Shown: positions 50,173-64,000, numbered from the stretch's first letter. The stretch is DNA of 64,000 nt from Azolla caroliniana (GCA_043228905.1 JBHGNT010000001.1:33604001-33668000); one strand, 5' to 3'. Notes: a model not told the origin generated them from the letters alone. Numbers and translations are program-made.

Positions 50173-53100
50173 TCATCCGTTGCCATTCTTTGTCCCTCTT
50201 CCACTTAAAACTTGAATTTTATGGTCCTTGAGCCTCACAAGTTGCTCAAGCTTCATTATTTTGGCTTCCAGCAACTGCAAGGAAGGTGATGTCCAAATAT
50301 AAGCATTAGATGTAGACAGATTCTTCTAACAGTTTATTTTCTCTTTTCTTACTTGTATGTATATCATTAAAACCTATCATTGTTCTTCACAACCATTTTG
50401 TAAAATTAAACAATTAGTTTACCTCGACCGTTTCCATGAGTTCCTTAATTTGGGCCTCTTGCTGCTGTTCTTTTTGTATACTCCTCTCTTGTATGCTTTC
50501 TAAGTTGGGTTCTTGAGAACATTGCAAAGGGTTCTATAAAAATAACAAATCTCACATGGACGAAAAGGGAAAAGTTCTATTTCTCACCAAAATGATTAGA
50601 AAATTTTAAATGTATCTCACCTCTGTGCTTTTGGATGCTTGTAGTGAACTTAAACTACAAAGGCAAAATAAAAAAATCAGTTGGTTTAATAGAGGAATAC
50701 GACAAAAGCTACTTAACTGTTATTTTACTTCTTATGAGGAGACGTGTTTCTTGGGGGAGAAGCTCGCGAGTAACTTGCACTTTGAAATTCAAATGGCATT
50801 GGATTCTGTTTCATCGGAGAACCTAACCCAGTTTGCAACCAAAATATAGGTTATAACTTATCAATATAGACAGCATAGTTAAGTGTTTTTTGAGAAACTT
50901 GGGTTCAAAATTTAACCCCACAAACATCATTTCTTTCTGTAATATATATAATGCAAACATTAGAGATAACAAAATTGATTGATCAATCAACTATCCCATT
51001 ATTTCGTTGGAGACTACAAATTCGTTTTCAATAGTGGAAGTCTCCAACAAAATTGATTGATCAATCAACTATCCCATCAATTTTGTTGGAGACTACAAAT
51101 TCGTTATATGACCCTCTTAGAATTAAAAGATGTCAGTTTCATGCAAATACCACATGAATTTCAACAAAATCTACAGAGAGAAATTTCATTATTTGAGCTC
51201 CAAATTTGCATCTTCAATCATCTCACGTGAGATTGAGACCAATTATATTATTGATTCATTCATTCATTCATTGTTTGAGCTCCACAGTGTAGCATTTGAT
51301 GGTCCCACAATTGATTGAGATCAATTCCATTATTTACTCATTCATGTATTGATTTTAATCAGTGAGCGCCACGGTTGTACGTTCAATAGTGGAAGTCTCC
51401 AAAAACGAATTTGTGGTCTCCAACAAAATTGATGGGATAGTTGATTGATCAATCAATTTTGTTATCAATCAACTATCCCATCATTAGTGATCAATCAATT
51501 TTGTTGGAGACTTCCAATATCCTATCAATTTTGTTATCCCATCATTTCAATAGTGGAAGTCTCCAAAAAAATTGATTGATCAATCAGTCACTAATTTCAC
51601 TTTCTTGTTCGATGACATTGTAGAATGTGATCTCACCTACTAGTATCCAATAAAAGAAAGCAGCCACACTAGCCAGTCACTAATTTGACTTTTGATTTGA
51701 TGACATTGTAGAATGTAATCTCAACTACTAATATCCTATAAAAAAAACCAGCCATACTAGCCAGATACAGCCATCACCTGAGATAGAAGCAAGTAGGAGA
51801 ATCAAGGTACCAAAGAGAATACAATTACAAAGTTGTGGGGAAGATATAAGAACTCTATGTCAGTCTGATCAATTATTTGGAGACATTATTTTTGTAAGGA
51901 TTCCTCAAAACTGATACTAAAATCACGCTCTAAAAAAATGATCACGCACTGTCCTCCAGAACTAAATTATTCATGGCCACATATATAACATATGCAGAGA
52001 TATATACATACAGAGTAATTTTAGCACACTTGATGGGAAATTTTCAATTGTTTGATTAAAAATCCAGCCATTTTTTCATTTAAGAATATAGAAAAAAGAG
52101 TTTTGGAGCTTCAAATCACTTGAAATTTCCATTTAGGACATGATTGGTCAACGTATGTCAAGAATGGGAAAGGGCTTGTGTAACTCTTCACTGATGAACA
52201 TAACCAGATAAGCTAAGAAAAACCTGTTGAATTTTCCATGTCTTCTTTGAAGCTCTCTTTATAACCTTTACTAGGGTTTGGATTGTGCTTAGCAATCTGT
52301 AAAAAAGATGTGGTTTAAGATACCTAAAAAAATGTGAAAGCAATGAGTTTACCAATAGAAAGAAAATAAGAGAGTAAACCAATGTAAATACCTTGTACTT
52401 CATTAGTTTCAAAACCCTTTCTATGGCCATATGTTCAGAATTTACAACCGCATCAATGTCTTCTTTTGATAGTGAGAAATTTAGGCGGCGGAACACCTTA
52501 ACTGCCCAAAGACTCGCATATAAACCATGTGAGAAAGTAATATTAGAAACATAATAAAACTTAATAGATTTTACATGCATATATACACATTTCTATGCAT
52601 GAATATATATTTATGTGTGTAAATATAAATTTGTGGTTTGCGAATGTGAATAGGGAAGTTCCAAAACATCATACTGTTGAGGGTATTCCAGTTATATATC
52701 TTTTGTGACAAGCTATTTGCTGGACTATAATTATGTACATCAATAAGTTTGGGGCAGTAATTGGCAACGACTTCTGCAGCAAGAACTGTGATACAGAAAA
52801 AAGTTGAAAGTAAAAAACCATTTTTAAAGTATCTGGAGTTGGACATGAAGAATCAAACATACAAAAACTGAAAAACTGTGTCTATATATATATAATGTTA
52901 ACCATCACCTCCATCACTGAAATCTCTTGCAATGTTCCGCTTTGGTCTTGATAAAGGTATGCTGTCAACCTGCAAATGACCATATTTTTAGTTATAAGAA
53001 CTCTAGTAACAGCACAAACAAACTCACAAAATCTCTAGAACTACATTCAGACATTGGAATACATGTATGATATGTGTGTGTGTATCAATGACTGTTTGTT

Positions 53101-53599
53101 TAGCTCCTAAGAACTCTAGCAAGCTTGAACACATGCGCACACAAAGTTTAAACCCAAAATTGGAGTAAATAAGGGTTAACTTTTGACCCTATTACATTCT
53201 TCATTGGGGTAAATGCATAATACATATAATGACTGTATTTCATTTCATTCAAAAGAAACTCTGGCAAGCTCAAATAAATGCACCCTTGCAACAGCTTTGA
53301 CATTCATCAGCCATGAAATGAGACAAGCTCGGTCATGCATTGCACATGATTTTTTGCTGTTTTATTTTCAGAGCGTGGTATAATTAGAATTCGAATTTTT
53401 ATCGTCCATAAAGAGGCCAATTTTTCTTGTCATGTGAAGAGAGATAACACTATCAAACTTCACTTCACTCTTTCATCTCTCTCATACATACATGCATATA
53501 TCCACAGACTCCTTCATACATAAACATACAGGAATACAAACATATACATAGACATACCCAGGAGTAGAGGCTTGAAAGCTCATCATTAGAAACATCCAT
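50173..53599 (-). CDS. SPEF1: Sperm flagellar protein 1 (SPEF1/CLAMP): N-terminal CH-like domain, C-terminal coiled coil
   Basis: Exons 53599..53558, 52969..52909, 52785..52675, 52501..52392, 52296..52224, 50822..50729, 50654..50621, 50533..50423, 50274..50173. LYSWVDSIPLSRPKRNIARDFSDGVLAAEVV..YCPKLIDVHNYSPANSLSQKIYNWNTLN.KVF; IKELMETVELLEAKIMKLEQLVRLKDHKI. Confidence 0.9.
50968..51586. repeat. Foldback / mixed direct and inverted repeat array in SPEF1 intron 5
   Basis: 51046-51105 is the reverse complement of ~51404-51463; the modules aaattgattgatcaatca, actatcccat and aatagtggaagtctcca recur in both orientations. Confidence 0.85.
51585..51764. repeat. ~89-bp imperfect tandem duplication
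   Basis: cagtcactaattt...gatgacattgtagaatgt...cagcca.actagcc twice. Confidence 0.85.
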
Positions 53600-54563
53600 G
53601 GTGATGATGACTCATCCGAGCACGATACTACCCAAAGACCTCTGGTTTACACAATGTTGGAGACTTGAAAAGCAGGAATAGAGAACCGATTTTCTTTTTC
53701 ACACAGAAAAGAAGAAACTTATCATGATGGGGTGGGGGCTTCTTCTGATGACGAAGGAGTCTTTCCACCGAAACTAATTCAGAGGTCCACACTTATTTCT
53801 TTCTTCCTGCACTGTCCTTCTTTCAATGTCTGTGTTTTTCCTTTCCTTCAGGTATTAGCAGAGAAATTCAGAGAATGAAAGGGAACTTGCGCTCTAGCCT
53901 TGCTCTGTTCTGATCTGCTCTGTTCTGTTCTGTTCTGTCTCTGGTAACTGTTTGTTGGGAACCGAAAAATGGAAGTCATGGGAATCTGATTTTGTTTTCC
54001 CCTTTCTATTTTAGCGCAATTTACAGAAGTAGGCCTCTTTCTCTTCTACTAATAATGAGCTTTCTATTTTTTTTCTACATCTATGTCACTATGAATTCAA
54101 TGGAGATACATACGTATGTACGTACACACGCGCGCACGTACGTACGTATGTATGCATGTATGCATGAGTGTGTATGAGCGCGGAGTGACGCATGTACATA
54201 TATGTATATGCATTTGCTTTGTCAGCTCTTCATCCCATGAGCTTAACCTTAAATTGTGCACATGCCCAATTGTCCCTTCTTTGTATATATATACATATGT
54301 GCAGAGATTATAGATATTCATTTATATTAATTAAGATGCATGTTTTGCTAATCGCAAGATTTCGTTATTAGCTGCTCTTTGCTTCAACAAATGTGTATCC
54401 GGATTGAGATTGTTTCGATGCTTAATTTACTAGTCAAGTTAGTTAAGGTTATTAGGTTTATTTAAGCAAATGTTAGTCTGTTGTTTTTTCTAGGCTTGAT
54501 CTTAAATATGACTACGCGTTTCATTTTGAGGTGAAAACTCAAACTATTAGAACAAACCAATGA

Positions 54564-54600
<37 letters not shown>

Positions 54601-54740
54601 TGTTTAGACTTAAAATGTTTAACGAGAGTGTCTCTTTTGAGGCATATAAAAAATAGAAACCTTGAATGAGGGAAATTTAAAAAATAAATTAAGATGCTTG
54701 CAATAGCCACAACGCACAATTTTTGAATCGTGTAAGGAAT

Positions 54741-55045
54741 TGTTGGGAAAACTGATCCCTCCAAATGGGAAGAAGGCGAGTCGGATGGAGTTGATTGAGT
54801 ACCGATCAGTGAGATAAGCCAAATCAGTGGATAGCCAACTCGGCCGAGGCTGAAAAATCGACTAATCGAAAAATCAAATAATAATCGATTTGGCTAAGAG
54901 CTGAATCGGCCGAAGCCGACTCCAGGCTACATTTGTAAATAGTCATATATGAACATGAGTATAAATGTGCTTAGAGCAAGTAGTTAGATTATGATTATGA
55001 TTGTTGTTGAAAAGTTACAGGTTGTAGTTGCCTCTGTAACTAGCA

Positions 55046-55077
<32 letters not shown>

Positions 55078-55314
55078 TTGTAACTCTATAATCACCTGTA
55101 GACGAAGAGAAGCTCAAGGTTGCTACCTTAGAGTCTTCTGTGTATCCCTCTCACATATAGTGATTTCTTGGAGTTTGTGGACTCCTGTGGTTTTTCTCCC
55201 TTTCGGGTTTCCACGTAAAATACTTGTGTCTCTGTACTTTTGTCATTTTTCTGTTTTGGTTTGTTTTTTTTTTACTTGGTATCCCGTTGTGGCCCGTCTC
55301 TCTTATATTCAAAT
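54741..55314 (+). mobile_element. Solo LTR, copia-like
   Basis: Starts TGTTGGG; TATAAAT at ~54960; U5-like gtggtttttctccctttcgggtttccacgtaaa; 5-bp TSD GGAAT at 54736-54740 and 55315-55319; 3' end reads ...TCAAAT rather than CA. Confidence 0.75.
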
Positions 55315-56574
55315 GGAATATAGTTGATCGTTAGGGACCTTAAGATATGCAATTTCTTTTAATCATGTGTACTCACAAAAAATATCCATCAAACCAACCT
55401 ATGAGCCGAAACACCATTGCCCAAGATTGCGAGCAATTTGTTTTAACCTGATGGTTGTTTATTGTCAGGTCCATAGCGAATTTTGAATCATGTAAGGAAT
55501 ATAATCTAACATTCGAGAGCTTGAGATATGCAATTTCTTTTAATTATGCTTACTCACAAAAAATATCCAAAAACATCTGTCAAAATCAACCTACATGCCA
55601 AATACCATTACCCAAGATTGTGAGCAATTTGTTTCAAGTAGATGGTTGTTTATTCTCAAGTCCTTAGCAAATGAAGTATTATTTCATCACATCCACATCT
55701 CCAATAGCGGAACAAGCTTCTGATCAACTTCCTTCACACTATTTAATTTACACAATATGATGCTCTTGACTTCATTCACAATGAGCCACTCTCAAACTTG
55801 CACCACAAATGTTAAAGGAGTTTTCTTGTTTAGTGAGCTTCAGAAGGGGTTTTTTGTGTGCACATGTACCTTTTTCCATTCTCTGTTTTTTATTGCTTTT
55901 TCCATTATGGTCTGCTTTAATTAATGATCATCAAATGGAACAAGGGATATAGAACTTACACACCACCCAGAAATTGCCATATCAAAGCAAAGATCATAAT
56001 TCATATATCAATTTTACCATACATAATACTATATATATATAACGTGTATGTGTGTGTGGATAAGATATCATCATAACGCTAGTAATTCGTTAGACATTGG
56101 TCTGATGCTCTTGTTTGTACATCTAGAGAACAAGAGAACAAATTAACAATTTCCACAAAAATATTTGGTGGGTAAAATAAATCACAGTTTGTCCAAAGCC
56201 TAGTAGTTCCATGAAGTGGCCCAAACAACTGGAAAGAATAATAAAAATATCTGTATTTTAAGTTTGAAGAAAAGATCAACGTGATATAGTTGATAAAGTA
56301 AGATTTTTGGAAGTACATGTCTCTCTTCATCAAGAGGCACCATCAAGAGACCATAACTTTCTATCTCAACTCCTGTGTGTTTCGACAACTTCTTGCATAG
56401 CTTCTGACCTTACAAATGATACTTTCTTGTATTTATGCTTTTCTATATCCTTTTACTAACTGTCCCCCCTCTCATTCATTAAGTTGCTTGATACACAGTT
56501 TCCCAAAAATCGGAAAAAAGAGCTTCAAATCCTTTACTTCCTTTTTTCTTAAAGCTCCCTTCCTTACTTTTGGT

Positions 56575-58689
56575 TTACCAGACATCACGAAGATACCTCC
56601 CAGATGTCTGCATTTGCTTTACTATTGCTTCAGCCTTTGTGCTAGAAACAGACTCCTGCATAAGTCATTTTATATAGGAGGGACAAAAATTCAGTGTTTG
56701 CCAAATAAATAAAAATAAAGAATTACATATATTTAATTTCTTAAAAATATATCCATTAACAATTCTCTCCGAAATTTTCAAGATAACTGTACCTTTAATG
56801 GTTTCAGAATTATAAGGTTGAGTCAACTGTATGTAAAGTAAAAAGGAGGTGATAAAACTATCAAATGCCAGGTATTACCTGTTCTTGGATAATTGTATGT
56901 AGAGTTCGGTGCACATCCCTAGCCATGCCCTTTGCATCTCCACAGACATACAAATAGCCACCATTAGAGAGCAAACTCCAAATAGTACTTGCCTGCAAGT
57001 CCATGAGGCATTGCTTAAAAAAAGAAACATTACATCAATGCATATAAAACATACCTATGATATAAGTCAAATCTTTACCTGCTCAACCATCTTATGCTGC
57101 ACATACTCTTTTGTTGGACCCTCTCTGGAGAAGGCAACAGATAGCTCTGAAATTACACCGCTCTCCAGGAAAGACTTCAGCTCGTCTTCGTAGATATAAT
57201 CCTACATCACATCAAGGCTCATTTTTCCTATTTCACCCAAGGAATTTGTAAAGCCATTTTCCAGCACATTTCACTGATTCAAACCTTACCAATTTACGAT
57301 TCCTGCAGCCAAAAAAGAGCAATGCACGTCCTAAAGTCTCTCCACTTTCTTTCAGATTTGCTCTCTCCTACATGAATATTACCAAGCTTAACATGAGAAC
57401 CGTTAAACCACTGGGTTTCCATACACGAAATACTAAATAAGATAATAAATAGTACCTGCAAAAAACCCCTAAATGGCGCTAGACCAGTGCCAGGTCCAAT
57501 CATAATTATTGGAACAGATGGGTCTTCAGGAAGTTTAAAATTAGATTGCCTTACAAAAATTGGGGCCCAGCTTGAACCCGGCACAGCATTCTGTGAGGGA
57601 AACAAGTGATAAAATAAGCTTAAATATAATTTGTATGCAATAATTGGATGAGAGGCACGATTCCCTGCTGTGTTTTGGTGGGTTCAACAAAATTAAACAA
57701 TCAAAATGCCTTCACCAAAAATCATTAGTCAGTGCTTGTCCATGGGTCAATATACATAAGTAACTAGACAAGCATTCACAATGAATCTTCTCACATTAGA
57801 AGTGAGGTGAATGGAAATGCTAACCAAAAGTTCCAACCTACAAGCTTGATGCATAACAGGTAAAGCAAAAATGCAAGAACAAAGAAATTAGTAAGCCAAA
57901 TGCAAATAATAATACTCATAAATTTGAGAGTAGTCACTTAACATCAATAACATTTCAAAAGCATGACAGGGTGGGGGGGGAGGGAGAGGGAGAGACAGAG
58001 ACAGAGAGAATGTAGCACGTTGTATGGAAAAAAATGTTCGATATATGGAAGCCTGTTAGAACAATTTTAATGTCATATTACCTCTCAACTATGAAGGAAA
58101 TACTTGTCACAATAACTAAAGAAGAAATCAACAAAACCTAATAATTATACAAGACTCCAGCTCAATTGACAGATCAACCACCTTACCTTCATCCAAGTTG
58201 AGCAAACACCTTGATGGAGCCGACCAGTGGGACTAACTCCATAAACTAGCGAGCATGTCACATGAATTCTATTTGAAGCAAACCTGTATTGAAGAGATTT
58301 TAAATACTTTGAAAAGACTTGTCTTTACTCAAGTGAGAATCAAAGTCACAATGTCATGCCTTGGAGAGGATGAAATAGAATAATAACGAGGCTGAAGACG
58401 AGCTGAAACAGCAGCAAAAAACACACCGAGCGGTGGCTTTGCTGAAGGAAACTCAGCCATCACTTCTAGAAGGCTCCTTTGGCTGGTAGTAATATAGCTA
58501 TGATAATCATCCTGTAGATAGTTTTAATATAGGAATGGTGATTCACATTAATAAGACATGCTATAACGTCACTCATGAAAAAACCAAAGTTGAAGACCAA
58601 ACCTTGCCAAGTGGAGATGCCAAAAACTTCAACCTGTCCTGTTCAGCAGGATCTTTAGCATGTGCTGCAAGTGCACCAATTGCAATCTG

Positions 58690-58725
<36 letters not shown>

Positions 58726-61700
58726 GGAATCAGAAACTATTTTACCAGAAAAGAAGCCACTGACAGATCATCAAAAGATTTCTAATACCTTCCGTGGTGG
58801 AGAAAGAATATCTGCATATCGCATGAGAGCGGTTCTCAAATCACATGGACAAGGAAATGGTGGTTGCAAAGAGCTCCCACCAATTGGTGAACCATCCTCA
58901 GCTTCAACATGCAAGGAGAATTTGGTGTCTAAACTATATCCTAGCAACCTAGCAGCTTCCTCAACATTTTCTAATGTATTCTCCGCATACACCCCAACAT
59001 GATCCCCAGTAGTATACCTAAACGTATCAAAATTTAGACCACATTTCTCTAAAACATAGAGAAAGTAAAAATGGAGATTGAACCCACATTATTCCTGTGT
59101 TAGCAATGTCGAATTCGAGATGAATACATGATCGGTCTGATTCAGGAGAATGCAATTCCCTACGCACCGCCACTTTTGCCCTGTGGAAACAGAGAAATCA
59201 ACCATGAGTTAATCCATAGTTTTGCATTTCACAGAGAAGTCAGCCTGAGAAGAAAGTCACATACTTGCACGGGTGAGTAGCATCATGAACAGCGTGCCCA
59301 TTCATCTTGGCTTCATAGGCTTCTTCATGTACTTTTACATCCTTGTCATGAATGACAACACGATACTCTAGGATTGCTGCAGTATAAGGTGTGGTAACAG
59401 CTGGAGCTGCATCATTCTCACTAATTAATAAAGGATCCAAAGTAGCCCACAGTTGCTCCCGCCTGCAATAGTGAGTACAAAAGGATTAGAACTTAATGTA
59501 TCCATCCATATAGTTTTCAGGTATATCGACAAACCAGACAGGCAAAGAACATAAATAATGTTTCTATACGTTAAATGACTAGTAAAGAACATCACAAAAT
59601 GAGATAAAGATATGAAAGTGATAAAAACGAAATAGGACATACATTACACAACAAAAAGTACTAGGACCTAACATAAACAAGACATCATATACTGGGAAAT
59701 ATAAGGCAGTGCTATTTATCGGTTGCTTATATATCAATGTTGACAAATACGAATTGCTAGAAAGCGGAATTAGTAGCATACATTATAAAACCAGTTTAAA
59801 GAGTAAAACATCACCTAGTTTTAGAAAATTCAAAGTTAAAAAAACAGCTAAATCTAGTAATCCATCGAAAAAGGAGTGACTTATAGCTCCATTATTTTAC
59901 CCTCAAATTTAAACATGGGATTAGACTTAATCTCAATATGCATTGCTAAAAACATCAGTCAGAGGACCCAGAGATATCAAGGGCTCATAATTTGAGAACA
60001 GAATTGCCTTTTTTTTAGATATTAAAAATATAGAGTGTTATGACCAAATTACATACCAAGCAGCAAAATCATCTTCTATGCATTGATCATCATCCCCAAG
60101 TCCACATGGAACTAACTGATTGGCACCTGTGTAATGTCAACCATTGTTAACAGCAGATATGAAAAGGTGTACACACTGCAAAATTTCAGATGGCACAAAA
60201 AATGACCTTGTTCTTTGAAAGCCTCATCAACCTTTCTGGCAACCTACAAGTTAAATAATAGAGATGAATTATTCACAGATAATTAAGAAGATAAAACATT
60301 ATATGCGAAATTGTGGCCACTCAACATTCTACAATAGCCTCTATTTCCAGATATTTACTACAATTTTACATCTAGCATAGTTAATTATAAAGTTCAGTTG
60401 GGACTTACCCAATTAACTGCCCTCACTTTTTTCTCCTTTTTTGTTTTATTTTGGGGGGGGAAGGGGAGGAGGGGAGGGCATTTATGGAGGCTTACAATTC
60501 AGTGGCACCGGCCATTCAATAATTTTTTACTATTGGTTACTTCTACGAAACACACACAGTATATCCTGATAGTCTACAGACTGGATTGTTGATTTTGTAG
60601 CTACTGTCCACATGACACCCATGTAGGATTTGTTTATTAATCCCTCCCGAGGATATCAGAAAATCAATCAGCTGTAGGCTCTGGATATTCTTATATACGT
60701 CATCAACCTATTATCTGGTACAGCTCTCAACATACTCAGAGCTCAAGTTGTCTTTGCGGTTGTTAAAGTGACTGTGTCTGTCTGCTGCCGGTGCAGGTTT
60801 GCCACATAGTGCTAATTCATGACTATGTTAATTCATTGTAGCACTTCTTCCTGTTTATAGCATTCTCAGTTTGTTTGTTTACACTATAATATGTTGCTGC
60901 AAGTAGCAAAAGACTCCATCACAGATGGTGCAAACGGGGAAGTATCCAGCTTATTGATTGGGGAATCGACATGAATGCAGAGTAAGCCACAGCCTATATA
61001 ACCAGCTTTCACCCACCTAATTTTTCCCTTTTCTCTGTTCATTTGAGCCCATTTCCCACGACCTACACACAAGCCTTCTCAACATCTTGCAGGTTTCTCA
61101 TAGCCTTGTACTCTTTTCTTTCGGATTATTAGGAGGCTAATTCTCTTTTATGTTGCGCCATTTCTTACTTGCACTGTAATTTATAAAATAAAGGAGGCAT
61201 CTGATATTACCTCATTGAAGTGTTCATATTGTCTATTCCCAAGACCAAATACAGCATAGCTCAGGTTTGACAACCAATTCTCCCGCGCTTCTGTACCCTG
61301 TATCAAAATCAGGAATCACTTCGCGTGAATAGAATGCCAGAAAATATGGATCAAATGAAACTAGGTTAGACATGAACAGCATACCTCGACAAACCACTTA
61401 TAAAACCTTGCTGCATTATCAGTTGGCTCACCATCTCCATAGCTGCACAAAGAAACTGCAATTCATTTCCATAGCATATGCATAAAGCTATCATTTCCAG
61501 ACAGCAAGATATGTATGTATTACAGACTTACGTGGCAAGCATGAAGAGAGCAAGGGATTCCTTCTTAAATTTAGCCTCATATTCGTCATCCTCCAATCCG
61601 TATTCATCCTTCATATGCATAGAAAGCCAATTATTAGTGTAAATATGCTTGAAACACCATATTCAGGCATACTCAAAACCATTGAGCGTCTAGCTTCCAT

Positions 61701-62611
61701 ATTGCTGACTCATTCTTATGAATTGGTTGTCCACGTAAATGAGGATGCTTCTAATGTTATTCTTACAATAACAAATTTAGCTAACAACACTAGCTGATCT
61801 TAGATAGGTTAACAATAAGCATAACGATAGCTGGTCTCAGATAGTAACTGGTGCAATGAATTCAGTGTTGATATCTTGTTACAAATAACGCAAATAGCAG
61901 GCTTACAAGATCAACCACCTTCTGAACGTGGTTAGTGAAACAAATTCAGTGTCAAACTTTTGCTCACAATAATACAACTACCAATGACTTACCAGATCAA
62001 CCACCTTGAAGACAACCCTATTGTCATATCGGACCTTTCCTTCTTCAGCTAAAGCCTGCACAGAAAACAAACCAAAGAAATTTTCATTTGATCATTGCAA
62101 TGATTGACCAAGAACTTCAATTCTTTTTTTCCGACATTCTTTGTGTTTTATCTGGATTTGCTGACCAATGTGCAAAATTTAAGTTTTCATCAAGGCTGAT
62201 ATGTAAAGAAGAGAATTGAGAGAAAGCATGAACACAAATATGAAAAAGTTGGATTTGTTTACCACATGCAAAATTTGCGTTTTCATTGCGGCTTACAGAA
62301 AAACGCACGTACACAGAGAAGAAGAAGAAGAAGAAGAAGTAAGGGCGGATTCATACCTTAGCAAAACCTTCTGCTGTGCCGGTTTGAGTTCCAAAGAACA
62401 CAGAGACCTTCTTCTTTGTTAGATCTTCAGGTTCAGCCTCAGGGGCGTGTAACGTGAGTTTCTTGGGAGCAACATTCTCCACAGCCTTCTTGGTGTGAGA
62501 GCCCCCTAAAAGCCTCCATAGAAAGAGAGCAGATGACAGCAAGAAGACCGCAGCAACTACAGGCAAGAAGAGCGGGCTTCCAGAGAGAGGAATCGGATTG
62601 GATGCTGTCAT
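56575..62611 (-). CDS. CPR: NADPH-cytochrome P450 reductase, multi-exon
   Basis: N-terminal membrane anchor; [46 protein letters not shown] (FMN); [15 protein letters not shown] (FAD); [32 protein letters not shown] (NADPH); ends GRYLRDVW* (stop 56577-56575). Confidence 0.96.
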
Positions 62612-63441
62612 CGTTTGAGAAACTATTTTGGACCGATCGCCCCAAGAGATCTATAAAAATCTCTACTACTCAGAGAAATGGCTTTTTGCTGGATGCAAAA
62701 GATTAGCAAAAGAGATCGAATGAATTGCCTAGATAGAAATTTGTCGAAAAAATATGCCGCCAAAACTACTCTCCGAGCTATGCCTTCCTGCTGGAAGCAA
62801 ACCTTTTAACAAAGTGTTTGAAACCGACTCTCAGGAATCGCTTTTGCTATATAAACAGATCGATTAGCAATGACTGAGGTCTTGAAGAAATATGTTGTCA
62901 AATCCTACTTCGGGTTAAGGCTTACGATCTGAGAAGTCCCCGGACGAAATCTGCAACCAAAACTCTGAGCTTTAATGCAATCACCGGTGGTAGAGCGCAG
63001 TACGCAGATAACTGTGAGATGTGGTGGCTTCCGGTCATACGGAATCCTTGTCGTTCCGAAAAACGAGAGATCGAGACAGAAACGGTGATGATGAGAGAGA
63101 GAGAGATTCACAGACTGCGAATAGATTTTGATGGAGATTGCGAGGTAGGAAGAACACATATAACCACGCTACAATCGTTTAATTATTAGAAAATTTTAAC
63201 AATCAGAGTCTGCGGAGACTTATAAGGGAGGTCTGAATGAGATTGGAACTCTTACACGGATCAGAGAGAGAGAGAGAGAGAGAGAGAGTACCTCAGCTAG
63301 AAGAAGCGAGTTGCTGCGTAATTGCAGAGAGAGAGAGAGAGAGAGTTGGTGAAGGGATTTGAATATGTTTTCCTGAGAAACGACTCAGGAAAGCAGCAAA
63401 AAGTTCCTCCCTTCGCTCTCTTCTCTCTCTTCTCTCCTCTA

Positions 63442-63503
<62 letters not shown>

Positions 63504-63676
63504 AGAAGCCAATAGTACACAGAGCTCTGTGTGGCTATGGCGCAGGAGACGATAAACAGACAGACAGACAGAGACAAACAGAGAGATGAAGAAGACAGCC
63601 AATCAGTGCAACCGGCAATAGGCGGTGCGGAGATGAACGCCAACCGCTTGCTTTCGGTAATCTTTTTGTCTGCTAG

Positions 63677-63686
63677 GCCACGTGGC
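63677..63686. promoter_or_regulatory. Perfect palindromic G-box GCCACGTGGC about 1 kb upstream of the CPR ATG
   Basis: Sequence match; a second CACGTG at 63837-63842; function not shown. Confidence 0.45.
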
Positions 63687-64000
63687 ACAATCCCCCTGGA
63701 GCCAGAAAGCAGAGTAATAAAGAAATAAAAAGCTCAGGCAACCGCCGGTAGCCGGTCTCCAATGCGACGGAGCCCGGCCTACTACTGTCTACGCCGGTCG
63801 GACGAGTGAAAGTAGATGTGTGGCCTCACTCTCGCGCACGTGGAGTCTCTCTCTCTCTCTCTCTCTCTCAGTATGGGTGTGTGTGTTATGTGAGAGGGGA
63901 TGGGCGGATCGGTCCATGCCACGCCCGGCCGCCCGCCCGTAGTCATGGTTTCTTGTTCACTAGGTTTTCGGGTCCATTGCTTGAGGAAACCTGGCAAATC

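Noticed and set aside
52100-52190. Extra SPEF1 exon (VKSYTSPF...)
   Set aside because: Would need a 33-nt intron; exons at 50822 and 50654 already restore the frame.

Overview
Eukaryotic, intron-containing plant DNA. It is probably a fern or other flagellate-sperm vascular plant (inference from a true GID1, a SPEF1 flagellar gene, a Tcn1/Sushi-type gag and abundant AG/AC/TATG microsatellites). Seven host genes were reconstructed by hand: APC8/CDC23 (5' end outside the window), GID1 gibberellin receptor, an RGS1-like 7-transmembrane gene, a QUA2/TSD2-clade pectin methyltransferase, a divergent PEBP (FT/TFL1/MFT family), SPEF1/CLAMP and NADPH-cytochrome P450 reductase. A nested retroelement block occupies about 10-25.5 kb, with four L1-type LINE insertions with TSDs and a gypsy gag element; a fifth L1 fragment, RTE-like remnants and a solo LTR lie further on. 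Main findings: (1) a four-exon 7TM protein that matches the membrane domain of plant RGS1 but ends in a coiled coil instead of the RGS box; (2) a gag-only element bounded by ~140-bp inverted LTR-derived ends; (3) a PEBP with a non-canonical key residue, non-canonical exon structure and a possible targeting peptide; (4) a His/acidic 9-aa repeat inserted in GID1; (5) a possible duplicated 15-nt microexon in CPR. Family calls rest on motif recall, not database searches, and exon boundaries are unverified by transcripts.
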